A stretch of DNA of 64,000 bases. It comes from Candidatus Hatepunaea meridiana (GTDB taxonomy: Bacteria; Electryoneota; AABM5-125-24; Hatepunaeales; Hatepunaeaceae). How positions within the stretch are numbered: the first letter of the stretch is position 1; every line of letters begins with the position of its first letter. This document shows positions 47,037 to 56,393 of the stretch, piece after piece. The notes below the pieces were generated by a model. The model worked only from the letters and a program-made list of their open reading frames with translations, searched no databases and was not told the origin of the DNA. The stretch is taken from positions 2,939 to 66,938 of the forward strand of contig JAVCDD010000015.1 in assembly GCA_030765125.1 (NCBI GenBank), given 5' to 3'. The position numbers were made by a program, and so were the translations under genes.

Positions 47037-49448
47037 ATGAACCTATCCGATGTAAAACTATCCTGGCGAACCCACAAGAAGAGTCCGCTCTTCGCGGTAA
47101 TCAACATACTTGGCTTGGCTGTGGCTATGGCTGCGGTTATCCTGATTGCTATTTACGTTCGTTATGAACTCAGCTATGATGCTCATTGGAAGAATGCCGA
47201 CAGAATTTACCGTGTGAATGGCGTCTGGACTACCGAAACCGGTGAAGAGATCACATCGCCAACCAGCGTGGGGGCTCTGAAAACCGCATTTGACCGAGAT
47301 ATTCCCGGCATTGAAGCAAGCGCGAGAATCGTTGACTTTGGCTGGCTTGAATATATATCCACAGAAAAAGCTTCCGCGCAAGTACTGATTCCAATGGCAG
47401 ATTCAACACTTTTAGATGTTTTTGATATTAAACTTCTTAAAGGTGATCCCAACACCGCATTGAGCGTCCACAATTCGGTTATCATAAACGAATCGTCAGC
47501 AAAGAAATTTTTCGGTGATGAGAACCCGATAGGAAAAAATTTAGAATTCAAAGCAGGTGCTTTCTATACTGTGACAGGCGTTTTCGAGGATATCTCTCAG
47601 CCGACACATCTAAAAAAGTATGCAATGTTTAACGGAATGCCGAGAATCTGGATCAATGACAATTGGGGATTTGAACTCCCTAATACGTATGTTATGCTCC
47701 AGGAAGGCGTAGATCCACATTCATTGCAACCGGCTTTGGATTCACTCGTTAAACCGCATGTTAAAAATCTTTCTTCTCAAGAAGGAAAGGTGTTCCGACT
47801 CGATCTCCAACCCGTTCGCGATATTCATCTCTATTCTACTCTATCAAATAGATTCTCATGCTGCGAAGAAAACACCACTCCAGCGATAGAAAACATCAGG
47901 TTGTTTTCCGGTGTCGGATTGCTCATTTTGATAATAGCTTGTTTAAATTTCATTAACCTTTCCTCTGCACGCAGTGCAGCCCGAGGAAAACAGGTTGGGA
48001 TTGCTAAGGTGGTTGGAGCCACGCGAGGCAGGCTATTCCGGAGCTTTATGCTCGAATCGATAGTTATGACAACCGGTTCAATGGTGATCGCCTTGTTGAT
48101 CTCAGGATTGCTATTGCCACATTTCATAAACATTTCCGGCATAAACCCGGATGTTGTTCAACTATTAGATTTAAGGTCCCTCGGGTTATTAGGATTATTT
48201 ACTGTTACTGTCGGCTTATTGGCGGGCTGTTATCCGGCTGCTTTTTTATCAGGTTTTCGTCCGGCTCAGGTTCTTAAGGGAACTCTTAGCCAGGGCTTAA
48301 AAGGATCTAAGCTGAGAGCTATATTAGTGATTTTCCAGTTTTCTATCTCGATAGCGCTTATAACCGGAATATTGATTGTCCATAATCAGATTAGTTACAT
48401 ATTCAATAAACCGCTCGGTTATAACATAGAAAACATCGTTATATTGGATCTGATGAGATTCCAGGGTGATTGGAGCGAGGAAGCTTTCATCAACGAATTA
48501 AGTTCATTGCCGGGAGTTGTTGATTTGACGACATCGCTCATGGTCCCGTTACTTGCAGGAGTCAATTGTTCAGGACCGGGTGAATGTTTTATACCTGGAT
48601 CCAACGATGAAATTTTAAATCCGCATTTTATGAAAGTAGGAACGAATTTTCCACAAATGTTTCAAATGAACTTGTTATCCGGCGCGTGGCTTGATAAAGA
48701 GATAAATTATGATAAAAATAACATCTCAATAATCATTAACCAGACAATGGCAAAGCGGTTGGGGTTCGATGATGCGGTTGACAAACAAATAAAGTCTCCT
48801 ATAAATGATGGAACTCGAACGTATACAATCATCGGTATAGTTGAGGATTTCCATTTAAAATCTCTACATTCGCGAATTGAACCAACCTTTTTAGTACCTA
48901 ATTGCAAAACCATTTGGAAGATACTGCTCAAGCTCGATCCAAACGACATACCCGGAACATTGACTGCTGTAGAGAGAATTTGGCTGGAATTAGGTCCACC
49001 GGTGGTTTTTAATTATCAATTTCTCGAAGATGTTTTTCGGCAGATTCATTCGGCTGACAAACGGTTTCAGGAAATTTTCATCAACTTAACTCTACTGGCG
49101 ATCTTCATTGCCTGTCTGGGTCTGTTCGCTTTGGCTGCTTACGCCGCAGAACGACGAACGAAGGAGATTGGCATCCGCAAAGCCCTGGGGGCATCAGTAT
49201 CCGGGATAGTAATGCTACTGTCGAAGGAATTCCTTATTCTAATAATGATCTCAAACGTGATAGCAACGCCGATAGCTTACTATTTTATGCAGCGTTGGTT
49301 GGAGAACTTTGCCTATAGGATTAGTATTGGAACAGGGGTTTTCCTGTTCGCAGCCATCCTAAGCGTACTGATAGCTTTACTCACCGTCAGTGCTCATGCT
49401 GTTCGAGCGGCAATGATGAAGCCAGTGGATTCGTTGAGACATGAATAA
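47037..49448 (+). CDS. ABC transporter permease, FtsX/MacB-type with two FtsX domains
   Basis: 803 aa; N-terminal TM + periplasmic MacB_PCD-like domains + FtsX 4-TM bundle, repeated twice. Confidence 0.8.
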   Translation: MNLSDVKLSWRTHKKSPLFAVINILGLAVAMAAVILIAIYVRYELSYDAHWKNADRIYRVNGVWTTETGEEITSPTSVGALKTAFDRDIPGIEASARIVDFGWLEYISTEKASAQVLIPMADSTLLDVFDIKLLKGDPNTALSVHNSVIINESSAKKFFGDENPIGKNLEFKAGAFYTVTGVFEDISQPTHLKKYAMFNGMPRIWINDNWGFELPNTYVMLQEGVDPHSLQPALDSLVKPHVKNLSSQEGKVFRLDLQPVRDIHLYSTLSNRFSCCEENTTPAIENIRLFSGVGLLILIIACLNFINLSSARSAARGKQVGIAKVVGATRGRLFRSFMLESIVMTTGSMVIALLISGLLLPHFINISGINPDVVQLLDLRSLGLLGLFTVTVGLLAGCYPAAFLSGFRPAQVLKGTLSQGLKGSKLRAILVIFQFSISIALITGILIVHNQISYIFNKPLGYNIENIVILDLMRFQGDWSEEAFINELSSLPGVVDLTTSLMVPLLAGVNCSGPGECFIPGSNDEILNPHFMKVGTNFPQMFQMNLLSGAWLDKEINYDKNNISIIINQTMAKRLGFDDAVDKQIKSPINDGTRTYTIIGIVEDFHLKSLHSRIEPTFLVPNCKTIWKILLKLDPNDIPGTLTAVERIWLELGPPVVFNYQFLEDVFRQIHSADKRFQEIFINLTLLAIFIACLGLFALAAYAAERRTKEIGIRKALGASVSGIVMLLSKEFLILIMISNVIATPIAYYFMQRWLENFAYRISIGTGVFLFAAILSVLIALLTVSAHAVRAAMMKPVDSLRHE

Positions 49449-51858
49449 AATGTATTTGACGGATCTCAAACTATCCTGGCGGACTCACAAGAAGAATCCG
49501 CTCTTCACGGCAGTCAACATACTTGGCTTGGCTGTGGCTATGGCTGCGGTTATCCTAATCACCATCTACGTTCGTTATGAACTCAGTTATGATGCACATT
49601 GGAAAAATGCAGACAGGATTTACCGTGTGAATGGCACCTGGATTACTGAAAGCGGTGGAGAGATCACATCGCCAACCAGCGTAGGGGCTCTGCAAACCGC
49701 ATTTGAACAAGACATTCCTGGAATCGAAGCAAGCGCGAGAATCATGGACTGGGGCTGGCTTACATCTATATCCTCAGAAAAAGCTTCAGCGCCGGTGTTG
49801 ATCCCAATGGCGGACTCAACTCTTTTCGATGTCTTTGATCTAAAGCTACTGAAAGGTGATCCCAACACTGCATTAAGCGACCCCTTCTCGGTTGTAATAA
49901 ACGAATCATCGGCAAAGAAGTTCTTCGGCGATGAAAATCCGATTGGAAAATATCTCGACACCGATGCAGATACTTTCTACACAGTAACAGGCGTATTCGA
50001 GGATATTTCCAAACCGACACACCTCAAAAAGTATAAGATGTTTATTGGGTTGCAAAGAAAATGGATCGATGATTTCTGGGGATTAGACGCCCAAAATACT
50101 TACATAGTGCTCCAGGAAGGCGTCGATCCATACGGTTTGCAACCCGCTTTGGATTCACTCGTTAAACCGCATGTTAAAGATATTTCTTCTAAAAAAGGAA
50201 AGGTGTTCCGGCTCGATCTTCAACCCCTTCGCGATATTCATCTCTATTCTACTCTATCAAATAGATTTTCATGCAGCGAAGAAAACACCACTCCAGCGAT
50301 AAAAAACATCAGGTTGTTTTCCGGTGTTGGTTTGCTGATTCTTATAATAGCCTGTCTAAATTTCATTAACCTTTCCTCTGCACGCAGTACAGCTCGAGGG
50401 AAACAGGTTGGGATTGCCAAGGTGGTTGGAGCCACGAGAGGCAGATTATTCCGGAGCTTTATGCTCGAATCGATAGTTATGACAACTATTTCAATGGTGA
50501 TTGCCTTGTTGATCTCAAGATTACTATTGCCGCATTTCATAAACATCTCCGGTATAAACCCGGATGTTGTTCAACTATTAGATTTTAGGTCCCTCGGATT
50601 ATTAGGGTTATTTACTGTTATTGTCGGCTTATTGGCGGGTTGTTATCCTGCCGCTTTTTTGTCGGGTTTTCGTCCGGCTCAGGTTCTTAAAGGCACTCTC
50701 AGCCTGGGTATGAGAGGATCGAAGTTGAGAGCAATATTGGTGATTTTCCAGTTTTCTATTTCGATAGCGCTTATAACCGGAATATTGATTGTCCATAATC
50801 AGATTACGTACATTTTCAACAAACCGTTGGGCTATGACATAGAAAATATTGTTCTAATGGATCTGATGAAATACGATGGTGATTGGAGCGAGGAAGCTTT
50901 CATTAACGAATTGAGTTCGTTGCCGGGAGTTGTCGATTTAACGACAGCGATCCATGTTCCGTTACTTCCGGGAGTCGGTTGCGCAGGATTAGGTAGATGT
51001 TTCATACCTGGCACGAATGATGAAAAGCTTGATCTGCATATGTTGCGGGTGGGAACGAGCTTTCCACAAATGTTTCAAATGAACTTGCTCGCCGGCAGAT
51101 GGTTTGATAAAGAGACAGATTTAAAAAAAGACGTCTCACTAATTATTAACCAGACGATGGCAAAGCAATTGGGGCTCGATGATCCGGTTGGCAAACAAAT
51201 AAAATCTCCCTATATGGATAAAATTCGAATGAGAACAATCATCGGTTTAGTCGAGGACTTTCATTTAAAATCATTACATTCACAAATCGAACCGACTTTT
51301 TTAAGTCTCGATGACGATGCCAACTGGAATATACTGCTCAAGCTCGATCCAAACGACATACCCGGAACATTGACTGCTGTTGAGAGAATTTGGCAGGAAT
51401 TGGCTCCACCGGTAGCTTTTAACTATCAGTTTCTCGAAGATGTTTATCAGAAGATTCACTTGCCTGACAAACGGTTTCAGGAAATTTTCATCAGCCTAAC
51501 TCTACTGGCGATCTTCATTGCCTGTCTGGGTCTGTTCGCTCTGGCAGCTTATGCTGCAGAACGTCGAACCAAGGAGATCGGCATCCGCAAAGCCCTGGGA
51601 GCATCAGTATCCGGGATAGTAATGCTGCTGTCAAAGGAATTCCTTATTCTAATAATGATCTCAAACGTGATAGCAGCGCCGGTAGCCTACTATTTTATGC
51701 AGCGTTGGTTGGAAAACTTTGCCTACAGAATAACCATCGAACCGGGAGTTTTCCTGTTGGCAGCGGTTTTAAGTTTGCTTATTGCTTTAGCAACTGTCAG
51801 TACTCAGGCGGTCCGAGCTGCAATGATGAAGCCAGTGGATTCGCTGCGATACGAGTAG
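49441..51858 (+). CDS. ABC transporter permease, FtsX/MacB-type (tandem paralog)
   Basis: 805 aa; collinear with, and about three-quarters identical to, the preceding permease; 8-nt overlap. Confidence 0.8.
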   Translation: MNKMYLTDLKLSWRTHKKNPLFTAVNILGLAVAMAAVILITIYVRYELSYDAHWKNADRIYRVNGTWITESGGEITSPTSVGALQTAFEQDIPGIEASARIMDWGWLTSISSEKASAPVLIPMADSTLFDVFDLKLLKGDPNTALSDPFSVVINESSAKKFFGDENPIGKYLDTDADTFYTVTGVFEDISKPTHLKKYKMFIGLQRKWIDDFWGLDAQNTYIVLQEGVDPYGLQPALDSLVKPHVKDISSKKGKVFRLDLQPLRDIHLYSTLSNRFSCSEENTTPAIKNIRLFSGVGLLILIIACLNFINLSSARSTARGKQVGIAKVVGATRGRLFRSFMLESIVMTTISMVIALLISRLLLPHFINISGINPDVVQLLDFRSLGLLGLFTVIVGLLAGCYPAAFLSGFRPAQVLKGTLSLGMRGSKLRAILVIFQFSISIALITGILIVHNQITYIFNKPLGYDIENIVLMDLMKYDGDWSEEAFINELSSLPGVVDLTTAIHVPLLPGVGCAGLGRCFIPGTNDEKLDLHMLRVGTSFPQMFQMNLLAGRWFDKETDLKKDVSLIINQTMAKQLGLDDPVGKQIKSPYMDKIRMRTIIGLVEDFHLKSLHSQIEPTFLSLDDDANWNILLKLDPNDIPGTLTAVERIWQELAPPVAFNYQFLEDVYQKIHLPDKRFQEIFISLTLLAIFIACLGLFALAAYAAERRTKEIGIRKALGASVSGIVMLLSKEFLILIMISNVIAAPVAYYFMQRWLENFAYRITIEPGVFLLAAVLSLLIALATVSTQAVRAAMMKPVDSLRYE

Positions 51859-52252
51859 CTCCGCTGAAACAGATATGAATTGAACCCATCTCCTCCTTAC
51901 TTCCGGTAATTTTACAACTATTTTACATTCTGAAGTAGCAAAAATTTCCATTTGCTGATTTGCTTTAATATATTTGGGTAAATCACGATCTGGTTTGTTA
52001 ACCGAATTTGAAGGAAAATCTCATGAGCAGAATTATAAAGAACTTCCGTCTATTGGCAATAATAGTCTGCATGGTTGCCGTTCTGTTGTTGCAGTTGCGC
52101 AGCAGTTACCTCATCGAATTCTGGTAGCAAGCCTTTTATAATAAGTGGAAATACGATTTTCGACATACTGAGCAACTGATCAGCGGTCTTATTCGTGATA
52201 AACTTACTGAAAAAAGAAACAACACTTAAGAGAATATAATCTGGAGGTTTCA

Positions 52253-52666
52253 ATGAAAAAAACAGTGTTTACAGTCCAAATCTGGTGTGCAGCGGCGTTT
52301 ATCGGGTCAATGCTGCTCTTATCATGTGCTTCTGTCAAGCAACAGAGTGATCCCATACCAGAACTGATTGAAGGAGTAAAAATGGTCATTATTACGACTA
52401 TTAACGCCAATCAGTTCTTCAAGGAAGATTACAAACAGGACGCACTGAGTTTTGTTATGCTTGAAAAAATGGATTATCTTATGATAGATCCATACACAAA
52501 GAAGATATTTGCTTTTACCTTGACACTCAAAGATGGGAAACTGGTGACTATTACTGCCACTACCACTGAGGAGTCCCCTGTAGGATCGGGAAAGAAGGTC
52601 ATTTATGATGTCAACTCTCAAAACTGGAGCGGTGATCTGGTCGAATTGTACCGTTCACAAAAGTAG
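52253..52666 (+). CDS. hypothetical lipoprotein
   Basis: 137 aa; lipobox LLLSCAS after a signal peptide. Confidence 0.5.
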   Translation: MKKTVFTVQIWCAAAFIGSMLLLSCASVKQQSDPIPELIEGVKMVIITTINANQFFKEDYKQDALSFVMLEKMDYLMIDPYTKKIFAFTLTLKDGKLVTITATTTEESPVGSGKKVIYDVNSQNWSGDLVELYRSQK

Positions 52667-52726
52667 ATCATACAAACTTGGTTTGACGGTAGTATTTTAC
52701 AGCCTCAGAGTGATTTAGATAGACCC

Positions 52727-53146
52727 TTGAATATAGAGGAGGTCCATGTGGATCGTCCGATCAAGAAGAAAATCTGGACGCCGAGGCGTATCGTTTGGAT
52801 CGCTCTTGCCTGTCTGGGGCTGTTCGCATTAGCAGCATGCGCCGCAGAACTGCGAACGAAGGAGATTGGCATCCGCAAAGCCCTGGGGGCATCAGTATCC
52901 GGAATAGTAATGCTGCTGTCAAAGGAATTCCTTATTCTAATAATGATCTCAAACGTTATAGCAGCGCCGATAGCTTATTATTTTATGCAGCGTTGGTTGG
53001 AGAATTTTGCCTATAGAATAACCATCGAACCGGGAGTCTTCCTGTTGGCAGCGGTTTTGAGTTTGTTAATCGCTTTAGCAACTGTCAGTACTCAGGCGGT
53101 CCGAGCGGCGATGATGAAGCCGGTTGATTCGCTGCGATACGAGTAG
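52727..53146 (+). pseudogene. chimeric deletion remnant: HlyD-adaptor N-terminus fused to C-terminal ~115 aa of an FtsX permease
   Basis: The first ~20 aa (VDRPIKKKIWTPRRIVWIAL) resemble the start of the 44478 adaptor (MDRPIEKKFWTAKRIVGITL). The rest is near-identical to the last 115 aa of the 49441..51858 permease. The ~160-bp 3' flank (53147..53310) duplicates 51859..52022. Confidence 0.55.
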
Positions 53147-53309
53147 CGCTGCTGAAACACAAATGAATTGAACCCATCTCCTCCTTACTTCCAGTAATTT
53201 TACAACTATTTTACATTCTGAAGTAGCAAAAATTTCCATTTGCTGATTTGCTTCTTATATTTGTATAAATCACAATCTGGTTCGTTAACCGAATTTGGAG
53301 AAAATTACC

Positions 53310-54980
53310 ATGTTACAGAAATTAAAAAGTCTGCGTTTACTACTTATCCTGATAATCTTCGCAGTCTTTATCATACTGTTTGGGATTAGCGATGTTCTGA
53401 ACAAATTCTATCAGGAACAAATGCGTCACATTCAGATTTCAGGTACCTTTAGGACGGAAACCTTAGTTCGAAAGTTATTTCTCTATCGAATCAGTGAACC
53501 AATAACCAAAATTGAAAAAACTCTTACTCAGCATGTTAAGACTGATATGAATGATGAGGAATTCATTGATTGGCTGAAAAATTATTCCAATGATGAATCT
53601 CTTATCGGTGCAGGTTTTGTCTGGCGAAGACTAACAGGTAAGATAGAAATCATATCTCTTTCTTTAAAAATAGACACAAAGACCAAGATATCTATAGAGG
53701 AATACATCCGGACTGTCTATAATCCGGAGTTTGTTCCTGCTTATCCTCCCTGGCGAAAGGCTCTGATTGATTCCCTCAAAGCAGAGATTAATCAGAATGT
53801 TGGCTTTACGCTCTTTCATAAAGATAATTTCCCGGATATCAAACCCCGAAGTAAGGCAATTGAGGCAGTTAATACAGTTTATGGTATAATATGGGATAGT
53901 GATTATTATCTCACTGATTACTTTGCCCCGCTGAAGAAGGAAATTGAAGATAATCCCTGGAATTTTGGTCTGATTTTCTTTACCATCTATAATAATACCA
54001 GAATAGAGGGTGATTATTCGGGAATGTTGCTTGTAGATGCTAATAATGATACTTTATTCAGTTGTGGTGGAATTCAACTGGAGCCTTATTTATTTCAGAA
54101 TCAGAAACAAATTGGTCCTTGGAAAACTAAAATAGACTGGTCCCCAGGCTGGGAGATGTATGCACAAGATCATCAGGCGTTGTCTTCAGTAATCGACTCA
54201 GACCTGTTAGCAAAATTCCGGAAGAGATTAAGACTATTGTTCCTTGTTGCTTTAATAATTTTGTTCGCTGTATTGTGGGTACAAATTAAAGCCCGTGAGA
54301 AGCAGCGAAAAATCATAGCTCACATTTCTCACGAGCTTAGAACTCCAGTCTCAAAAGTCAAGCTTTTCGCCGAAACTCTACGGAATGATCGGACAGTTTC
54401 AGAAGAGAAAGAAGATGAATATCTCGATAAAATTCTGCATGCATCTGACCATCTTTCAGTGTTGATAGACAATACGCTTAACCTGGCACGTCTCGATGCA
54501 GGAAAATTCAAGGTCACACTATCCCCCCAGAATTTCGGAGACTGGTTGGCAACATTTTACAAATCTCACTCTGGTTTCTTAACGGATGCCGGCTTTGAGA
54601 GCACACTCAAGGTGGAGCCCGATCTGCAGGATGTTACCTTTGACACTGAAGCAATGGAGCTAGCGTTGCGAAACATATTAGACAATGCTGTGAAGTATTC
54701 CGAACGAAATAAAGAGATTGAAATCATCGCCGAAAGAAAAGATACAAAGAGAGTAGTTTTATCAGTAAAAGATCGCGGGACAGGCATACCTGAAAAGAAG
54801 AGAAAAGCGATTTTCAAGAGGTTTTACCGAATTAAACAGAAGGATCGTGAACCTGTGGGTGGCGTTGGATTAGGCTTAAGCATTGTTAAAGAAATTGTCA
54901 AAGCTCATCGCGGCAAGGTCTGGTGTGAAGGACGAGAGGGGGGCGGAAACAACTTTAAGATTGAACTGCCGGTTGCCTGA
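53310..54980 (+). CDS. sensor histidine kinase
   Basis: H-box ISHELRTPVSKV, N-box LRNILDNAVKYS, G-boxes DRGTGIP and GGVGLGLSIV; two N-terminal TM segments. Track ORF starts at the TTG at 53295. Confidence 0.85.
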   Translation: MLQKLKSLRLLLILIIFAVFIILFGISDVLNKFYQEQMRHIQISGTFRTETLVRKLFLYRISEPITKIEKTLTQHVKTDMNDEEFIDWLKNYSNDESLIGAGFVWRRLTGKIEIISLSLKIDTKTKISIEEYIRTVYNPEFVPAYPPWRKALIDSLKAEINQNVGFTLFHKDNFPDIKPRSKAIEAVNTVYGIIWDSDYYLTDYFAPLKKEIEDNPWNFGLIFFTIYNNTRIEGDYSGMLLVDANNDTLFSCGGIQLEPYLFQNQKQIGPWKTKIDWSPGWEMYAQDHQALSSVIDSDLLAKFRKRLRLLFLVALIILFAVLWVQIKAREKQRKIIAHISHELRTPVSKVKLFAETLRNDRTVSEEKEDEYLDKILHASDHLSVLIDNTLNLARLDAGKFKVTLSPQNFGDWLATFYKSHSGFLTDAGFESTLKVEPDLQDVTFDTEAMELALRNILDNAVKYSERNKEIEIIAERKDTKRVVLSVKDRGTGIPEKKRKAIFKRFYRIKQKDREPVGGVGLGLSIVKEIVKAHRGKVWCEGREGGGNNFKIELPVA

Positions 54981-55675
54981 TGAATGAAACGATACTCATA
55001 GTTGAAGACGATCAGGAGATACGCCAGGGACTCCGGGATAATCTTGAGTTCGAGGGTTATCGAGTCGAGGATGCCTGGAACTTCTCGGATGCAGAGGAGA
55101 AGTGGCGGGCAGCAAAACCTTCGCTCGTTATTTTGGATCTGATGTTACCGGGGCGAAGCGGTTATCAACTGCTTAAAGAGATGAGAGCATCCGGATTGGA
55201 AACGCCGGTGATAATCCTTTCAGCACGAGGTGAGTTGTGGGACAAGGTTAAGGGATTCAGGCTCGGATGTGATGACTATGTGGTTAAACCTTTCAGTATC
55301 ATCGAGCTTCTCGCTCGCATAAAAGCCTTGCTGAAAAGGTCAATCCCACCGGATGAGCCAAAAGAGATAATCCGTTTTGCCAATCTAAAACTGGATATTC
55401 CAAACAGAAGATTGACAACGAGTGATAAGGTAAATGAACTTGCATTAAAGGAGTTTGAGCTGCTTTTTTACTTCCTCAATAATCCGGGCAGGGTGATTCC
55501 CAGAAAAGAGCTGCTTGCTGAAGTGTGGAATTCATCACCGAAAATCGTAACCCGCACGGTAGATGTTTACGTCTCTAATCTTCGTAAAAAGCTCACCGGG
55601 TCCGGTTACGAAATCCAGGCGGTTTACAAGGTTGGATATAGGTTTAGAGTGATGGATGAGGAGATTCAACATTAA
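54980..55675 (+). CDS. OmpR/PhoB-family response regulator
   Basis: 231 aa. Receiver with canonical acid pocket (IVEDDQ), phospho-acceptor LVILDLMLPG, conserved VVKPF Lys, and winged-helix C-terminus TRTVDVYVSNLRKKL. Confidence 0.9.
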   Translation: MNETILIVEDDQEIRQGLRDNLEFEGYRVEDAWNFSDAEEKWRAAKPSLVILDLMLPGRSGYQLLKEMRASGLETPVIILSARGELWDKVKGFRLGCDDYVVKPFSIIELLARIKALLKRSIPPDEPKEIIRFANLKLDIPNRRLTTSDKVNELALKEFELLFYFLNNPGRVIPRKELLAEVWNSSPKIVTRTVDVYVSNLRKKLTGSGYEIQAVYKVGYRFRVMDEEIQH

Positions 55676-55691
55676 TGTATTATTTAATTCT

Positions 55692-56393
55692 TCAGCGAGA
55701 AGGAATATCGATTACAGGTTGTTCCCATTTATATCCTTTCTGATAAACCGTTATAATACATTTCCCGATTGCTTGCCATTTCGAACGGATACGATGGATG
55801 TGCATATCAACCGTCCGTGTGGTGACATCGACCTCCTCCCCCCAGATCTCGTCAAGGATACGGTAACGGCGTACAACCTCACCCTCACTTCGAATTAACA
55901 ACGCGAGGATCATAAATTCGCTCTTGGTTAGATTTATTTCACTCCCCTCTAACACTGCCTGTTGAGTCTGTAAATCCAACGTAAAACCACCAGATTTGAG
56001 CAGCCTTGGAGCATTCTGATCGGAACCGACACGACGCAGTATCGCTTTTGCTCTACCAAACAGTTCATGCAGTGAAAAAGGGATCGCTACGAAATCGTCA
56101 CATCCCTCATTAAAGGCTCTAATCTTTTCTCTCTCCGCATCCTGAGCCGACAGTATAATCACTGGTGTTGTTCGAGCTTCCTGACGAAGTTTCCTCAGAA
56201 TGTGCCATCCATCAACTCCGGGAACCATCAGGTTAAGCACTATCAGATCAATATGATTGTGCAGTGCATATTCCAGTCCGTTTTGTCCATCGCGGAACCG
56301 AATGATCTGAAAACCTTCGCTCTCAAAACCATCTTGAAGCATCCGTCCGATGACAGGATCAAATTCGATTATTAGAATCGAAGTCATAATCAA
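55692..56393 (-). CDS. atypical OmpR-family response regulator (phospho-acceptor Asp replaced by Asn, conserved Lys replaced by Ile)
   Basis: 233 aa. Aligned to the 54980 regulator, LIVLNLMVPG stands against LVILDLMLPG, and VAIPF against VVKPF. The winged helix TRTVDMHIHRIRSKW is intact. Confidence 0.8.
   Translation of the reverse strand: MIMTSILIIEFDPVIGRMLQDGFESEGFQIIRFRDGQNGLEYALHNHIDLIVLNLMVPGVDGWHILRKLRQEARTTPVIILSAQDAEREKIRAFNEGCDDFVAIPFSLHELFGRAKAILRRVGSDQNAPRLLKSGGFTLDLQTQQAVLEGSEINLTKSEFMILALLIRSEGEVVRRYRILDEIWGEEVDVTTRTVDMHIHRIRSKWQAIGKCIITVYQKGYKWEQPVIDIPSR

Noticed and set aside
52023-52127. 34-aa hydrophobic peptide ORF (MSRIIKNFRLLAIIVCMVAVLLLQLRSSYLIEFW) downstream of the duplicated promoter-like flank
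   Set aside because: Too short and lacking any supporting motif. Mentioned only as the ORF driven by the first copy of the duplicated flank.
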